64,000 nt of DNA from an uncultured virus (IMG/VR IMGVR_UViG_3300037067_008462) (Duplodnaviria > Heunggongvirae > Uroviricota > Caudoviricetes): IMG/VR virus record IMGVR_UViG_3300037067_008462, one strand, 5' to 3'. Positions within the stretch are counted from its first letter, which is position 1; each line of letters starts with the position of its first letter. Position numbers and translations under genes: made by a program. Of the stretch, positions 1 to 10,322 are shown piece after piece. The notes beneath the pieces were generated by a model that was given only the letters and a program-made list of their open reading frames with translations, did no database searches and was not told the DNA's origin.

Positions 1-453
1 GATTCTTTTGATTATGAACAAGTTGTTCTAAAACTTGCTAGATTTTTAGCTGACATTTCAGATTGGAACGAAGCCAGTTGGCCCCCGGAAGAACTATTTC
101 ATTATTTCGAAGGACATCACAAACCAGATATCGATAAGGCTACAGATTTTCTTGTAAAATATTTAAAAATGAATGATAAAGAAGATCGTAATAGTACTCA
201 AATTATTAATGATACTTTAAATTATACAAATCCAAGTAAACCCGGTATGGCTGATGGATTCAGTGAAACGTCTAATAATGAGTGGAACGAAGGTCCAATG
301 AACATTCATTATGATTTTGCGAGTTATGCAAATCGTCCGGATTCAACCATCTTTTTAGAAAATCGTCCTTGGGGTAATGATCCTGAGATGATCGAGCGAC
401 TTCGCAAAAATGAATATTTTAATATGATTTTAAATCGTAAGGAACAAAAATGA
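1..453 (+). CDS. Hypothetical protein, 5'-truncated by the window edge
   Basis: Frame is open from base 1 (DSFDYEQVVLKLARF...) through the tracked 169..453 ORF; stop overlaps the next ATG (ATGA). Confidence 0.7.
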   Translation, partial: DSFDYEQVVLKLARFLADISDWNEASWPPEELFHYFEGHHKPDIDKATDFLVKYLKMNDKEDRNSTQIINDTLNYTNPSKPGMADGFSETSNNEWNEGPMNIHYDFASYANRPDSTIFLENRPWGNDPEMIERLRKNEYFNMILNRKEQK

Positions 454-2777
454 CCACTTTAATCAATAACCTTGTAAAATCTTTGGTTGCTGATTTTGTC
501 GAAGACGCCACAGCATATGGTTATGAATTTGAACCAGAAGATACGGCGGTTGTTGCAAGTCTAGTCATTGATACTTTAGATAGAGTTCGGAAATCTGCTA
601 ATGTTCCTGACGAGCAACTCGCAAGTTTTGTGGAACAAAATGATCGACTAATCAGGGCTGAAGCACTCAACTCTTTAGATGGCTGGTATGAAGGCCAGAT
701 GATTGAGAAGTCAATGAGTGAACTTAGTTACCATCCTGAACATGTTCGCGCTCACAAGATAGAGGACGAAGATGGGAAAGTGTGGGATGAAGGTTTCGTA
801 AAGGGACGCTTCACTGATCTACCTGAAGAACTTCGTAGTCACTTGTTAGACTATCACGGTGAGAGCAAAGTTTATCACGTTCACCTGGATAGTGGAAACA
901 GTCCGATGATCTTCGGTAGAGACGCAGAGGTTCACTCGATGAATCCAGCGGAACTAAAGAAATCTCAAATGCATGAGATCATACATAGATTAGATGAACG
1001 TGCTTTTCGTGAGATTAATGGTCTCGAAAGCACATCCGCTGAAGATTGGGAATTAGAGTTTTATCAAGAATTTAATAAAGCTGAAATTTATCCAAACATG
1101 ATTTGGGCTGACGGTGTTGTTATCGCTCCTGAGTTAGCCGGTCACCTTAATGACTTTCATGGTTCTTATCCGAATGGTGAATTAAAGTATGTACCGCATC
1201 CACTAGAAGTTACGATGATCGGACCAAGCGAAGTCTTTTCTCAACTATCAGAAATGCAAAAGGCTCTATCTGATCGTGTCCCCGAGATTAAAGAAACAAC
1301 TGTAGTAGATGAATTAAGAACTCTATTTACAGTACCAGATGAAACAATTCAAAGACCTAAAGTAGAAAATATATACAAAGCGTTGGGCCTGCGCCCTTTT
1401 CACAAAGCGGGAGTAGAAACAGAGGATGAAGCAAATCTAGGGGGAGATTATAGCGAACCGGAAGCTCCTCCCGCTGAACCAACTGAAAAAATGCCTTACG
1501 TTAACTCCCAGGAATCCGGTTTGCCGGAAGAGGAACTTGCTCTTCCGCAAGCCAAACCGCAAGGTTCAACAAACATGACGACTGTTGCGGATAATTACCA
1601 AAACGATCCCAACATTAGAAACTATGTTCTTGAACACTTCATGAATGAATTCATTAATCAAGTTAAACAAGAAAGACCTGAAGTTAGGGGAGCTTTCGAT
1701 ATAACGGTTCCCGAAAAGAAACAGATAGTTAGCAAGCTCATGCAGTTAAACCAGATAATTACCGGAAACAAAGGTAACAGTACCGCCGTACAAGCCGGTA
1801 TGAATGCTTCTGTAGAAGAATATATCAGAGAATCTTTGATCAATTACGCCTCAATGAATTTCGGTGAAGAAGCCGGTGATTCACTTCGTTTGTTAAGTCA
1901 AAACGGAGACTTCCTTTCCTTGATGGCTAACGTTATCGGAAATGGAACTTTACCTGTAGGTCAAGAAGGAAAAGAAGATCAGCCTTGGCCTGGAAAGAAA
2001 CAAGATTTCCTTGTCAATCCGAGTGGAGGTAAAGAAAAGAAACCCGATTCAGAAGCAAAGAAACCCGCTTCAAAACCAAAGAAACCTAAAGCAGAGGAAC
2101 CTTCCACAGAAGATAGAGAACCAAGCGACGAAGAACTGAAGACTATAGAGCATCAGGAATCTAGTCCTGTCAAAAAAGGCATTCAACCCTTAAAAAAAAA
2201 CATAACACCGATTACTGGGAAAATAACACCGATTTACGGAAGAGATGATGGTGTACAAAATCGAACATATCAAGCAGATGATATAAAAAATCAAATATAT
2301 CAGGATGCGGGAAATACACTTATTGGTTCAGGAATAGCTCAACATTTAGGAATGCAACCGGGGACTAGACCTGTTGAAAATATAGGAAATATAGCAACAA
2401 GGTTGATAACTAATAAAAACGCTCAAAATGCAGTTAAAGATTTAGAAAGTATAAACGCTCAAGGAAACCATCCATTAAGTACTAAAAGTGGAGAATTGGG
2501 GGTATCGAATATGCCTTTGCCGGATGAAGTTGGTGGAGATTATTTAAATAAAATTAACCAAATCAATGAAGAAAACGGTCTCCCCAAAAACAAACTGGCT
2601 GCTGGTGACGGAAAACCAAAAGAAACAGAAGAAGAAAGAGCTGCGCGTATAGAAGAAGACAATAAAATGATTAAAAATGCCCCACCTCAAGAAATCAAAC
2701 CTAAACTAGAAGGAAGAACTATAGGTTGGAAAGGTACTCCTACAACTTTTGGTAAAGGTACTCAAGACCCTTTCTAA
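450..2777 (+). CDS. Acidic, low-complexity probable internal head protein; probably extended to 3265 by a -1 frameshift
   Basis: 775 aa ORF upstream of the protease/capsid genes; many hydrophobic-x-K-[S/A] motifs; ends GAC CCT TTC TAA. Confidence 0.55.
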   Translation: MTTLINNLVKSLVADFVEDATAYGYEFEPEDTAVVASLVIDTLDRVRKSANVPDEQLASFVEQNDRLIRAEALNSLDGWYEGQMIEKSMSELSYHPEHVRAHKIEDEDGKVWDEGFVKGRFTDLPEELRSHLLDYHGESKVYHVHLDSGNSPMIFGRDAEVHSMNPAELKKSQMHEIIHRLDERAFREINGLESTSAEDWELEFYQEFNKAEIYPNMIWADGVVIAPELAGHLNDFHGSYPNGELKYVPHPLEVTMIGPSEVFSQLSEMQKALSDRVPEIKETTVVDELRTLFTVPDETIQRPKVENIYKALGLRPFHKAGVETEDEANLGGDYSEPEAPPAEPTEKMPYVNSQESGLPEEELALPQAKPQGSTNMTTVADNYQNDPNIRNYVLEHFMNEFINQVKQERPEVRGAFDITVPEKKQIVSKLMQLNQIITGNKGNSTAVQAGMNASVEEYIRESLINYASMNFGEEAGDSLRLLSQNGDFLSLMANVIGNGTLPVGQEGKEDQPWPGKKQDFLVNPSGGKEKKPDSEAKKPASKPKKPKAEEPSTEDREPSDEELKTIEHQESSPVKKGIQPLKKNITPITGKITPIYGRDDGVQNRTYQADDIKNQIYQDAGNTLIGSGIAQHLGMQPGTRPVENIGNIATRLITNKNAQNAVKDLESINAQGNHPLSTKSGELGVSNMPLPDEVGGDYLNKINQINEENGLPKNKLAAGDGKPKETEEERAARIEEDNKMIKNAPPQEIKPKLEGRTIGWKGTPTTFGKGTQDPF

Positions 2778-3265
2778 AACCGCCGTCAGAAGGCGACGTA
2801 GAGCAAAGGCTGGCAAGATTTCTTGGACGACCTAAAGAGATAGAGCCTATTCTTCCGCGTTTACAGAGACCGGAAGACAATCGTATTCTTCTTCCAGAAA
2901 AAGAAAGATTGAATGCCGTAGATAGACCTAGTGTGATTGAAAGTTTTCTTTCAAAATTAGGATTGAATAAAAATGTATACCCAGAAGAAACCCCCATCAA
3001 TCCGACTGCTGCCGGTTATGGCGATGGTCCAGAGGATTATCAACGTATAAAAAATGAACTTCCGACACCATCAGAATTTGATCCTAATGTAACCAACGAA
3101 GCCGTTGCCAGCGATGAAGCTAACTATGAAGTTCCTTCTATGAATTCAAGAGAAAGAAATAATTGGATTATTAATCTTTTTAGAAGCAAAGGAATGTTCA
3201 GTTTTGGAGACGGAAGACCCGGAGTTGAAAACGGAAGAAATATCGAAATAGGATTAGACGAGTGA
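2768..3265 (+). CDS. -1 frame extension of the 450..2777 protein (tracked as 2909..3265)
   Basis: The -1 frame is open from 2756 to 3265 with no convincing start near its 5' end; slippery heptamer CCCTTTC at 2768-2774. Confidence 0.5.
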   Translation, partial: PFLKPPSEGDVEQRLARFLGRPKEIEPILPRLQRPEDNRILLPEKERLNAVDRPSVIESFLSKLGLNKNVYPEETPINPTAAGYGDGPEDYQRIKNELPTPSEFDPNVTNEAVASDEANYEVPSMNSRERNNWIINLFRSKGMFSFGDGRPGVENGRNIEIGLDE

Positions 3266-4587
3266 TTTTTGAGAGAATTGTTGATCAACTTCTAGATGGA
3301 CATGAATTTGATACCAATACAATTCCAGGAATTGTTAAGGATCAAATTGTACGCAACTATGCAAATACTGTTACAGACTTGATCAGTGGGGGAATGTCTC
3401 TCGGAGAAAATTGTGCTAGATTCTACCAAGAACTTGAAGTATCCGCTCCTACTCTTTTCAATCGTTTCATTGAAATAAATAATTCAAAAAAAACATTCAA
3501 AGATGTATTCGAACAGTTAGAATCTAGATTATTCCGTAAGAACATTATTCAGAAACAAATGCCTGACGTTGATGGATTTCTTTTTACAATAGAACAGGCT
3601 TCCAAAAATCATCCCTTCTTTATTTTCTATCCAGAACTAACAGATAAGAATTGTCCTGGAATATTAAAGTTAAATTTCGATGTTGTTAATCTTGAAAGAA
3701 CTCTTGATTACCTTCTTTGTCCTCAAACCGAAATTCCTGAAGTTCCGGCTCCCTTCTTTTATTTTGACGGACCATTTAAATTAAACGATATTCATCGCCG
3801 TCAAGTTGTTTATTATATTTTGCCGTTAATCTTGCGTGATCTCGGTCCAATCGTTTCCCATTCTTCTCCGAATGAGAAAGCTGCCTTCAATTTGGCTAGT
3901 TATGTAACCCCTATCGTTGGACAAGATAGAGAGGGTTATTTTCAAAATGCTGAGAATGAGTTTTCCCTTTATGAATCTTTATATTCTCAAGAACTAGCTA
4001 TTTTAGGTATCGAAGAATTTCTTCCCGAAGCCATTGAGGGATTTCTATTTCAAGATCTAGAAAACTTAATGCAAAGGATTGCTCAAAGTGGTCTTGGATT
4101 GAGAGCATATTCGATTGCGGAATATCAAGGAAAATTGACACCTAATGTAGATGATATGGCGCAAAACCTTGCAGGGGAAGGATTAAATAAAGCTGCAATG
4201 GCTTTATATCAAGATGACGGAGATTGGTTAGAGCCGATTAGAACAGGATTACAACAAGTATTCCAAGATCATTATAATAACTTTATTCGTCCAAATATCA
4301 TAAAAGAATTTCAAGAAACATTTCTAAGTTTGAAGTCGCTCATTCCGTTATCTATTATTAATAGTATAAACTTCAAAGATCAAACCACAATTCTTTTAGA
4401 TAAAGCACAAGATTATTCGATCCTTACATTCTCTAGATTTATCGTTGATTGTGCCAAAGCGTACAATGTTTATAATCCTATCATTCAACTTGGAAATATC
4501 ACAACAACTACTCGTAAAAAGGGAAATCTTTTTTCTCAGGGTGGTTTAGATACGTTACAAATCATAGGAGGAGAAAAAGATTGGTAA
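3262..4587 (+). CDS. Hypothetical protein (head module)
   Basis: 441 aa ORF, GTGA overlap with the upstream stop; no recognisable domain. Confidence 0.6.
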   Translation: MIFERIVDQLLDGHEFDTNTIPGIVKDQIVRNYANTVTDLISGGMSLGENCARFYQELEVSAPTLFNRFIEINNSKKTFKDVFEQLESRLFRKNIIQKQMPDVDGFLFTIEQASKNHPFFIFYPELTDKNCPGILKLNFDVVNLERTLDYLLCPQTEIPEVPAPFFYFDGPFKLNDIHRRQVVYYILPLILRDLGPIVSHSSPNEKAAFNLASYVTPIVGQDREGYFQNAENEFSLYESLYSQELAILGIEEFLPEAIEGFLFQDLENLMQRIAQSGLGLRAYSIAEYQGKLTPNVDDMAQNLAGEGLNKAAMALYQDDGDWLEPIRTGLQQVFQDHYNNFIRPNIIKEFQETFLSLKSLIPLSIINSINFKDQTTILLDKAQDYSILTFSRFIVDCAKAYNVYNPIIQLGNITTTTRKKGNLFSQGGLDTLQIIGGEKDW

Positions 4588-5348
4588 ACTTAAATAAAGC
4601 ACATCCAGTTCCTACTCCTTCAGAAAATGCTGGCAATTACCAGTCAGCATTAACACTCTATCTTGATGAAATTCTAGAAAGGTATCCTGACCCAAAACAA
4701 ACTCTAGATACATATGGTGGAGTATCTAACTTTACAAGAGAATATATAAAGAAACTAAGAGATAGAGTTGGGAAAGAAGTATTAATTAGTGTGGTTATTT
4801 CTAATGACGTATTCGGTTGTCGTTGTTATGCATCCGAATGTATTCTATTACAAATAGCTAAACAATTATTTGAAACCGAACAAGAAACTTCCAGTTATCC
4901 GGAATGGATTAATAACAATTTGCATCGCGTTAAAGATCTTGTTAGTTTTGTGTCTAATGATGAAATTGATTTGGTTTATTTTAGAGGAGAAGATGGTCAA
5001 TACGTATTACATAAAGGACAAGAGGTAAAGACGCCCCCTTTTTCCAAATCGGGTGATCAACCGGTTTCACGATTGGCTGCTTTAACTAGTGCGTTCGAAC
5101 ATGAAATCTACAAACCAAATCCTAGTACAGCTATATTAAGAAAACAACCAAATCTAGATAAACAAATTGCTTCCAATCTAGACCAACAAGTATATGCTGC
5201 AAACGATGTTTCCGATGAACATCCGGAAGAGTTGAAAGTTAATTTGCATCGTAGTATCAGTGATAGCAATGATGCAAAAAGACTTGCAAAAACAACAAGA
5301 ACATTTAATGTGCTAAAAGCAATAAGAGATAAGTATCGTAGGAATTAA
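4581..5348 (+). CDS. Hypothetical protein, possible internal head protein
   Basis: 255 aa ORF with GGAGGAG RBS; LNKA, LHKG, FSKS and VLKA motifs. Confidence 0.55.
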   Translation: MVNLNKAHPVPTPSENAGNYQSALTLYLDEILERYPDPKQTLDTYGGVSNFTREYIKKLRDRVGKEVLISVVISNDVFGCRCYASECILLQIAKQLFETEQETSSYPEWINNNLHRVKDLVSFVSNDEIDLVYFRGEDGQYVLHKGQEVKTPPFSKSGDQPVSRLAALTSAFEHEIYKPNPSTAILRKQPNLDKQIASNLDQQVYAANDVSDEHPEELKVNLHRSISDSNDAKRLAKTTRTFNVLKAIRDKYRRN

Positions 5349-5388
5349 GTCAGAAAAAATTTTTAGAGATATAGGTTAAAATAATTCT

Positions 5389-7278
5389 ATGAGTTTTAAG
5401 AGAAACCCATTTGTAACTGGACATCAGATCGAGAAAGCAATGTCTTTCGGAAGAAATTCCGATATTCTTATAGAAGGGATTTTTGCTACTAATGATCGTG
5501 ATGTACAAGGCGATGTCATTACACCAACCATGCTCAAAAAGATGGTTTCTACTTTCGAACAACCTCAACCAACCCCACTCTATCTTAATCACTACTATCA
5601 TCGTCCCGCAATAGGAAAAGTATTAAAGGCAGAATATCAAGAAGATCCGGAAACTGGCAGAGCTTGGGTATGGGGTCAGGCTCTAATCGATACAAACGAT
5701 TCAGAAATTAAAAAGCAAATAGCGGATCAACGTATTAGAAACTTTTCTGTCGGTGGTCACTTAACAGATTATCAAATGGGTTACGATTCTAACGGGAAGC
5801 AAACTAGATACTGCACTGACGGACACATTCTGGAACTCAGTGTTACACCTGCTCCAATTAATATTATGGCTGGATTTACTCTAGCAAAAGGTTCTCTGCT
5901 TTATGAAGGTCTAGAGATCTTTAAGGCATTAGTGGATCATTATCCAGAAACAATTGATCCAAACGACGAGTTACTAATTAAGGTCGAAAACTTTAACTTC
6001 AATAATATCGCAAACGAGGCAGACGAAATGAACGAAATCCAAAAAGGCAATGTAAGTGACTTCAAGAAACTTTCAGATAAGCCCAAGGAAGATGTTAAAT
6101 TCGGGGAAGGCACCAAATATGGTGAGGAAAACCTTGAGAGTTATGTAGATCCAGGTAACCCCCGCAATTCGAAAAACGCTGATGAATTAAATCAGAACGA
6201 TAAGAAAGAATTATGGAACAAAACTTCTACTTCTGCTGCCGATAAGGGCGGCGATGATTTGGGTTTTGTTGATGAATCCGCCAATAAATTTATTAATCGT
6301 CAAGGCAATAGAACCGGTGAAGCAACCGCTAATTCACATGGACCTTATGAACCCGGTAACAGTGTCGATGATACTGGTGAAGAATTATTTAATAGATTTA
6401 AATCTGGTTATCAAAATCTTAATAGAGTACAGAAAGCTGCAATGGTAGATATTATCCTTCATGGTTTTCCGATTAACGATTCTTTCCAAGTAGAAAACGA
6501 AACCGATTTCGAATCTATCCACCGTTTAACAGAACAGAAAAATAGATTTCGTAAGGGCGGTAAACAATACGAAGGTGTTGTAGATGAAATTATATACATT
6601 CTCAAGGGTGCAGATTGGAAGAGAGTTGAATCTGATCCATTTGAACGTCTCATTTTTAGCCACTTACTAGGTGACCACCTTCCTGAATTTAATGAATTTT
6701 TAAAATGCTCTGGTTACGGTGACGGCGATGAAGACGATGTACCTCCAACCTCTACCCCTGAAGCTGCGCCTCCGGGTGCAATGGGTGGAGAAATGCCTGC
6801 GGCTCCCCCGCCTGCGGCTCCTCCTCAAGAAGGAATGGAAGAAGGGATGCCAGAGGGAGATAACGAAATGGAAGCTAAGATCTCTAAGTTCTTAGAAGAA
6901 GTTCCTAACGGCGAAGAAATTATAATGGAAATTCTAATGCAAAACGGCGTAATTGATCAGCAAGGAAATCCAACTGGAAATGAAGAAGGATTAGAAACCG
7001 CCGAACAGCAAATTACGGAATTAATAGAACAATATGAACAATCCGCTACAGATCAAGGTGAAGCAGCGGAACCAGCTATGGGATTCAATAAAAGTAGCTA
7101 CTCGCCAGAAGAAATTAGGAAGGCCGTAGCTGATCTTTATGATGAAGCGCAGAGGGATGCTGTTGTTAGATCTAAGGTAGTCCCAGAGTCTCAACAGTTA
7201 CCAAGCGTTAACGGTAAACCCATCTCCCCAACTCAGTTGGCGATGGCTCAGTTTATGCAAAGATATACAGATGATTAA
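5389..7278 (+). CDS. HK97-family prohead protease fused to an acidic scaffold-like C-terminus
   Basis: IEGIFAT-NDRDVQGDVI, LYLNH, FSVGG and ILELSVTPAPIN match Caudovirales prohead protease motifs; directly precedes the capsid gene. Confidence 0.85.
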   Translation: MSFKRNPFVTGHQIEKAMSFGRNSDILIEGIFATNDRDVQGDVITPTMLKKMVSTFEQPQPTPLYLNHYYHRPAIGKVLKAEYQEDPETGRAWVWGQALIDTNDSEIKKQIADQRIRNFSVGGHLTDYQMGYDSNGKQTRYCTDGHILELSVTPAPINIMAGFTLAKGSLLYEGLEIFKALVDHYPETIDPNDELLIKVENFNFNNIANEADEMNEIQKGNVSDFKKLSDKPKEDVKFGEGTKYGEENLESYVDPGNPRNSKNADELNQNDKKELWNKTSTSAADKGGDDLGFVDESANKFINRQGNRTGEATANSHGPYEPGNSVDDTGEELFNRFKSGYQNLNRVQKAAMVDIILHGFPINDSFQVENETDFESIHRLTEQKNRFRKGGKQYEGVVDEIIYILKGADWKRVESDPFERLIFSHLLGDHLPEFNEFLKCSGYGDGDEDDVPPTSTPEAAPPGAMGGEMPAAPPPAAPPQEGMEEGMPEGDNEMEAKISKFLEEVPNGEEIIMEILMQNGVIDQQGNPTGNEEGLETAEQQITELIEQYEQSATDQGEAAEPAMGFNKSSYSPEEIRKAVADLYDEAQRDAVVRSKVVPESQQLPSVNGKPISPTQLAMAQFMQRYTDD

Positions 7279-7317
7279 AACTTTGCATTGGTAATCTAAA
7301 AAAGGACTCTATCTAAA

Positions 7318-8568
7318 ATGAAGAAAAAGGAATCTTTTATCAAATCTAACAGTGAACCCCTACAGAAGGCGTCCACCGTTTATAGCCCGTCAGCGGTACA
7401 GGCCGGTACTTCAACATTCGGCTTCAATATGTCCGCACAGGAAGGTAGTCTAACCTCCTTCCCAATCATGGGTTCGCCGGGAGTTACGAACTCTATTGGT
7501 GGTCGTGACTTCCTTTCAGTAGACGTTACTCAGGACTTCCTGCCTTATATTAACCAGGCATCTTATTTACGTAAACATTTTAAGATTTATCCAATGGACG
7601 GCGCTTCGATGTATATTCCAAAGTTCGCCGGTCCCGCATACGCCTACGCTACAGGTGAAGGTCAGGTTATGAGCCACACTCAGATCCCAACCACCACCGT
7701 AGCTCTAGTGGCTAAGGCAATGGCTGTTTCGTTCAGCGTTCCTCGTGAAATTGCGGACGATGCAATTATCAACCTAATGCCAGCTATTCGTGATCACCTT
7801 GTAGACCGTTTTGTTCTGCACGAAGAGGAAGCATTCCTGCTTGGCGATACCACAACTTTCTCCGGTACCGGATCGGTACGTTCAATGTTTGATGGTCTTT
7901 CTAAGCTTGGTGAATGGGACAGCCTCGGTGGTACCGATGTAATGTCTAATAACGCCGCACAGTATGTTAATGCTGCCGGAAACCCCTTCTCAACCGAACA
8001 CGTAAACGCTTCATTAGAACAACTCGATCTAATGGCTCAGAACCCCTCTCATCTACTTGGAATTATTTCACGTAGACATGCTCGTACCATTCGTGGTGAC
8101 GGTATGGTTCTGAAGCAGTTAACTAACTTCGGTCCATCCAGTGTCTTCCGTACCGGTAGAATTGGTGAACTTTTTGGAACTAACTTTGTTCAAACAAACT
8201 TGTTAAATCCAACTTCTCCGATTGCTACCACGGACGGTAACTATTGGTCCTTTGTAGGTTTCGGTGGAGAAACACCAGCCGACATCGTATCTCCTGCCAA
8301 CGATACTCTTGGAGATATTGGTCTCGGTAACCGTATCTACAACTATTACAACTCAAGCGCCGCTGCTGCCGCTGCCACAACTACTTATAGTGAAGCTATT
8401 ATAGTTCACAAAGATGCTTGTGTTATCGGTGACAGACAGAAGCTCGAATTGGAGATGAGCGCGCATACTCTCTTACCTGCACGTGCCCTCCTGTTAGTAA
8501 GTCACGAGAGAATCGCGTTCGCTGGACAGTTAAGAAAGGGCATTATCAAGATCATCCAGCTTGGTTAA
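7318..8568 (+). CDS. Major capsid protein (HK97 fold)
   Basis: 416 aa; position after the protease; 'EEEAFLLGD', 'FDGL', 'ERIAFAG...IIKI' typical of HK97-fold capsids; followed by a strong terminator. Confidence 0.85.
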   Translation: MKKKESFIKSNSEPLQKASTVYSPSAVQAGTSTFGFNMSAQEGSLTSFPIMGSPGVTNSIGGRDFLSVDVTQDFLPYINQASYLRKHFKIYPMDGASMYIPKFAGPAYAYATGEGQVMSHTQIPTTTVALVAKAMAVSFSVPREIADDAIINLMPAIRDHLVDRFVLHEEEAFLLGDTTTFSGTGSVRSMFDGLSKLGEWDSLGGTDVMSNNAAQYVNAAGNPFSTEHVNASLEQLDLMAQNPSHLLGIISRRHARTIRGDGMVLKQLTNFGPSSVFRTGRIGELFGTNFVQTNLLNPTSPIATTDGNYWSFVGFGGETPADIVSPANDTLGDIGLGNRIYNYYNSSAAAAAATTTYSEAIIVHKDACVIGDRQKLELEMSAHTLLPARALLLVSHERIAFAGQLRKGIIKIIQLG

Positions 8569-8583
8569 ACCCGCATCCATACT

Positions 8584-8611
8584 AGGCTCCCCGAAAGGGG
8601 AGCCTTTTTTA
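8584..8611 (+). terminator. Rho-independent terminator
   Basis: AGGCTCCCC-GAAA-GGGGAGCCT followed by a T run. Confidence 0.9.
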
Positions 8612-8659
8612 TTATCTTTTTTTATTCCATTTCTTATTTTAAACCCATAATCCTCACTC

Positions 8660-8688
8660 TTGCTAAAAACGCTAAATTGTGGTATAAT
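8660..8688 (+). promoter_or_regulatory. Sigma70/SigA-type promoter
   Basis: TTGCTA-17 nt-TATAAT with a TG extension. Confidence 0.7.
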
Positions 8689-8741
8689 ACAGTACAATCG
8701 CAAGTTCAAATTTTTGACTGTAGATTCTCTAAATCAAGTTT

Positions 8742-10322
8742 TTGTCGGGAGTATTTAAATTGTTAGAAGAATTAAACGAAGAACTAATTGAAGGTAAAAA
8801 TGCTAAAATCTGTAAAGACTGTGGAAAACTTTTATCCTTTTCGGAATTTTATACAAAAAAAACTAGCAAAGATGGGTTCAGAAGCCAATGTAAAACTTGT
8901 AACAAACAACAGTATCAAAAAAATCGGGAAAATATATTAGAAAAAGCAAAAGAAAGAAGTCAAAAAACAGAATTTAAACAAAAGAAAAAAGTATATAATG
9001 ATGTTTATAGAGAAAAAAATAAAGACACACTTAAAGCTAAAAAAGATGCTTATAGACAAACTGAGAAATATAAAATAAGAAAAAAGATCTACTCCACCAA
9101 CTACAGAAAAGAAAACAAAGAGAGTTTATTAAGAAAAAAAAGGGACTATTATCGAGAAAATAAAGAAGAAATTCTAAGGAAACATAGAGAGTACGCAAAA
9201 ACAGAACAAGGGAAAGCAGTAAAAAAACAAATTCAAACTAGAAAAAGAAACAGAAAACAAGAAATTTATTCAAATCTATCCCCCGAAGAGTGGAAATGTA
9301 TCCTAAAATCCTTTGATTCGAGATGTGCTTATTGCGGTTCAAATAAAGATATTCAACAAGATCATATTATCCCTATTAGTCGCGGAGGAGAACATGCTCC
9401 CTGGAATGTTATTCCTTGTTGTTCTGATTGTAATAGAAGGAAAAAGAATAGTGTAGGATTTGAACTTCCACAATGGAATAAAGAGTGTCATCAGTATATT
9501 ATTAGATTGGAAAATTTAGATAGAGACTTGGTTGAAATGGGTTTGACACAAGAGGAGGCTCAATTGATTCCAATCAAAGATTTCGTTTTTTCTAATGAAC
9601 CATATGATAAAGAATTGGTTGAATTCATTAAAAAATATGAATGGTTAGGTAGTATAGCTCAACAAACAAGTCACTATTTCACTGCCAGATATAAGGATAA
9701 ATTAGCGGGAGTTATTTCAATAGGTACTCCGAATAATTTTAGTACAATTTTGGGTGAACAAACTAAAGAGATAGAGCGGTTGATTTCTAGAGGAGCATGT
9801 AGCTCTTGGACTCCAAATGGGTTGGCTTCCTCTTTTATTATGTGGTCATTAAGATGGATGGTACAAAACACACCCTATAGAGTATTTGTAGCATACTCTG
9901 ATCCAGAAGCCAGAGAAATCGGTACAATTTATCAAGCATGTAGTTTTTATTATTTGGGTCAGAATTTTGGAGCAGAAAAAAGATATAAAATTGGAGATAA
10001 GTGGGTCTCTAGACGTTACTTCACAACCTTTTCGAGACTTAAACAATATGCTAAAGATTTAGAATTAATATGGGATGATACGTGGAGAAGAGGAATACAA
10101 GGTGGAATTAATAATATTCCCTCAGATACAAAGAATCAACTTTACGAATATGCTAAACAAAAGGCAGATGAATGCGAAACAAAGGAATCTTTCCGTAAAC
10201 ATAAATATGTATTCATTCTCGGTAAAGGAAAAATTGAAACAAAAAGATTAAGAAAAGAATTTTTAAAGAGAAATAGAGTGCTGGCTTATCCAAAACGAGA
10301 AGAGACTAACGCTCTATCTTGA
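8742..10322 (+). CDS. HNH endonuclease fused to a Mom-like (GNAT-fold) DNA modification domain
   Basis: N-terminal CxxC zinc ribbon and HNH core (CAYCG...DHIIPISRGGEH...N...CCSDCN); C-terminal FIKKYEWLG...ISRGAC...VAYSDPEAREIGTIYQACSFYYLG resembles the Mom family. Start may be the TTG at 8760. Confidence 0.75.
   Translation: MSGVFKLLEELNEELIEGKNAKICKDCGKLLSFSEFYTKKTSKDGFRSQCKTCNKQQYQKNRENILEKAKERSQKTEFKQKKKVYNDVYREKNKDTLKAKKDAYRQTEKYKIRKKIYSTNYRKENKESLLRKKRDYYRENKEEILRKHREYAKTEQGKAVKKQIQTRKRNRKQEIYSNLSPEEWKCILKSFDSRCAYCGSNKDIQQDHIIPISRGGEHAPWNVIPCCSDCNRRKKNSVGFELPQWNKECHQYIIRLENLDRDLVEMGLTQEEAQLIPIKDFVFSNEPYDKELVEFIKKYEWLGSIAQQTSHYFTARYKDKLAGVISIGTPNNFSTILGEQTKEIERLISRGACSSWTPNGLASSFIMWSLRWMVQNTPYRVFVAYSDPEAREIGTIYQACSFYYLGQNFGAEKRYKIGDKWVSRRYFTTFSRLKQYAKDLELIWDDTWRRGIQGGINNIPSDTKNQLYEYAKQKADECETKESFRKHKYVFILGKGKIETKRLRKEFLKRNRVLAYPKREETNALS

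Noticed and set aside
6972..6983. 12-nt match (AACTGGAAATGA) between the putative TnpB guide and the protease gene
   Set aside because: Short, no recognisable TAM upstream, and plausible by chance in AT-rich DNA.
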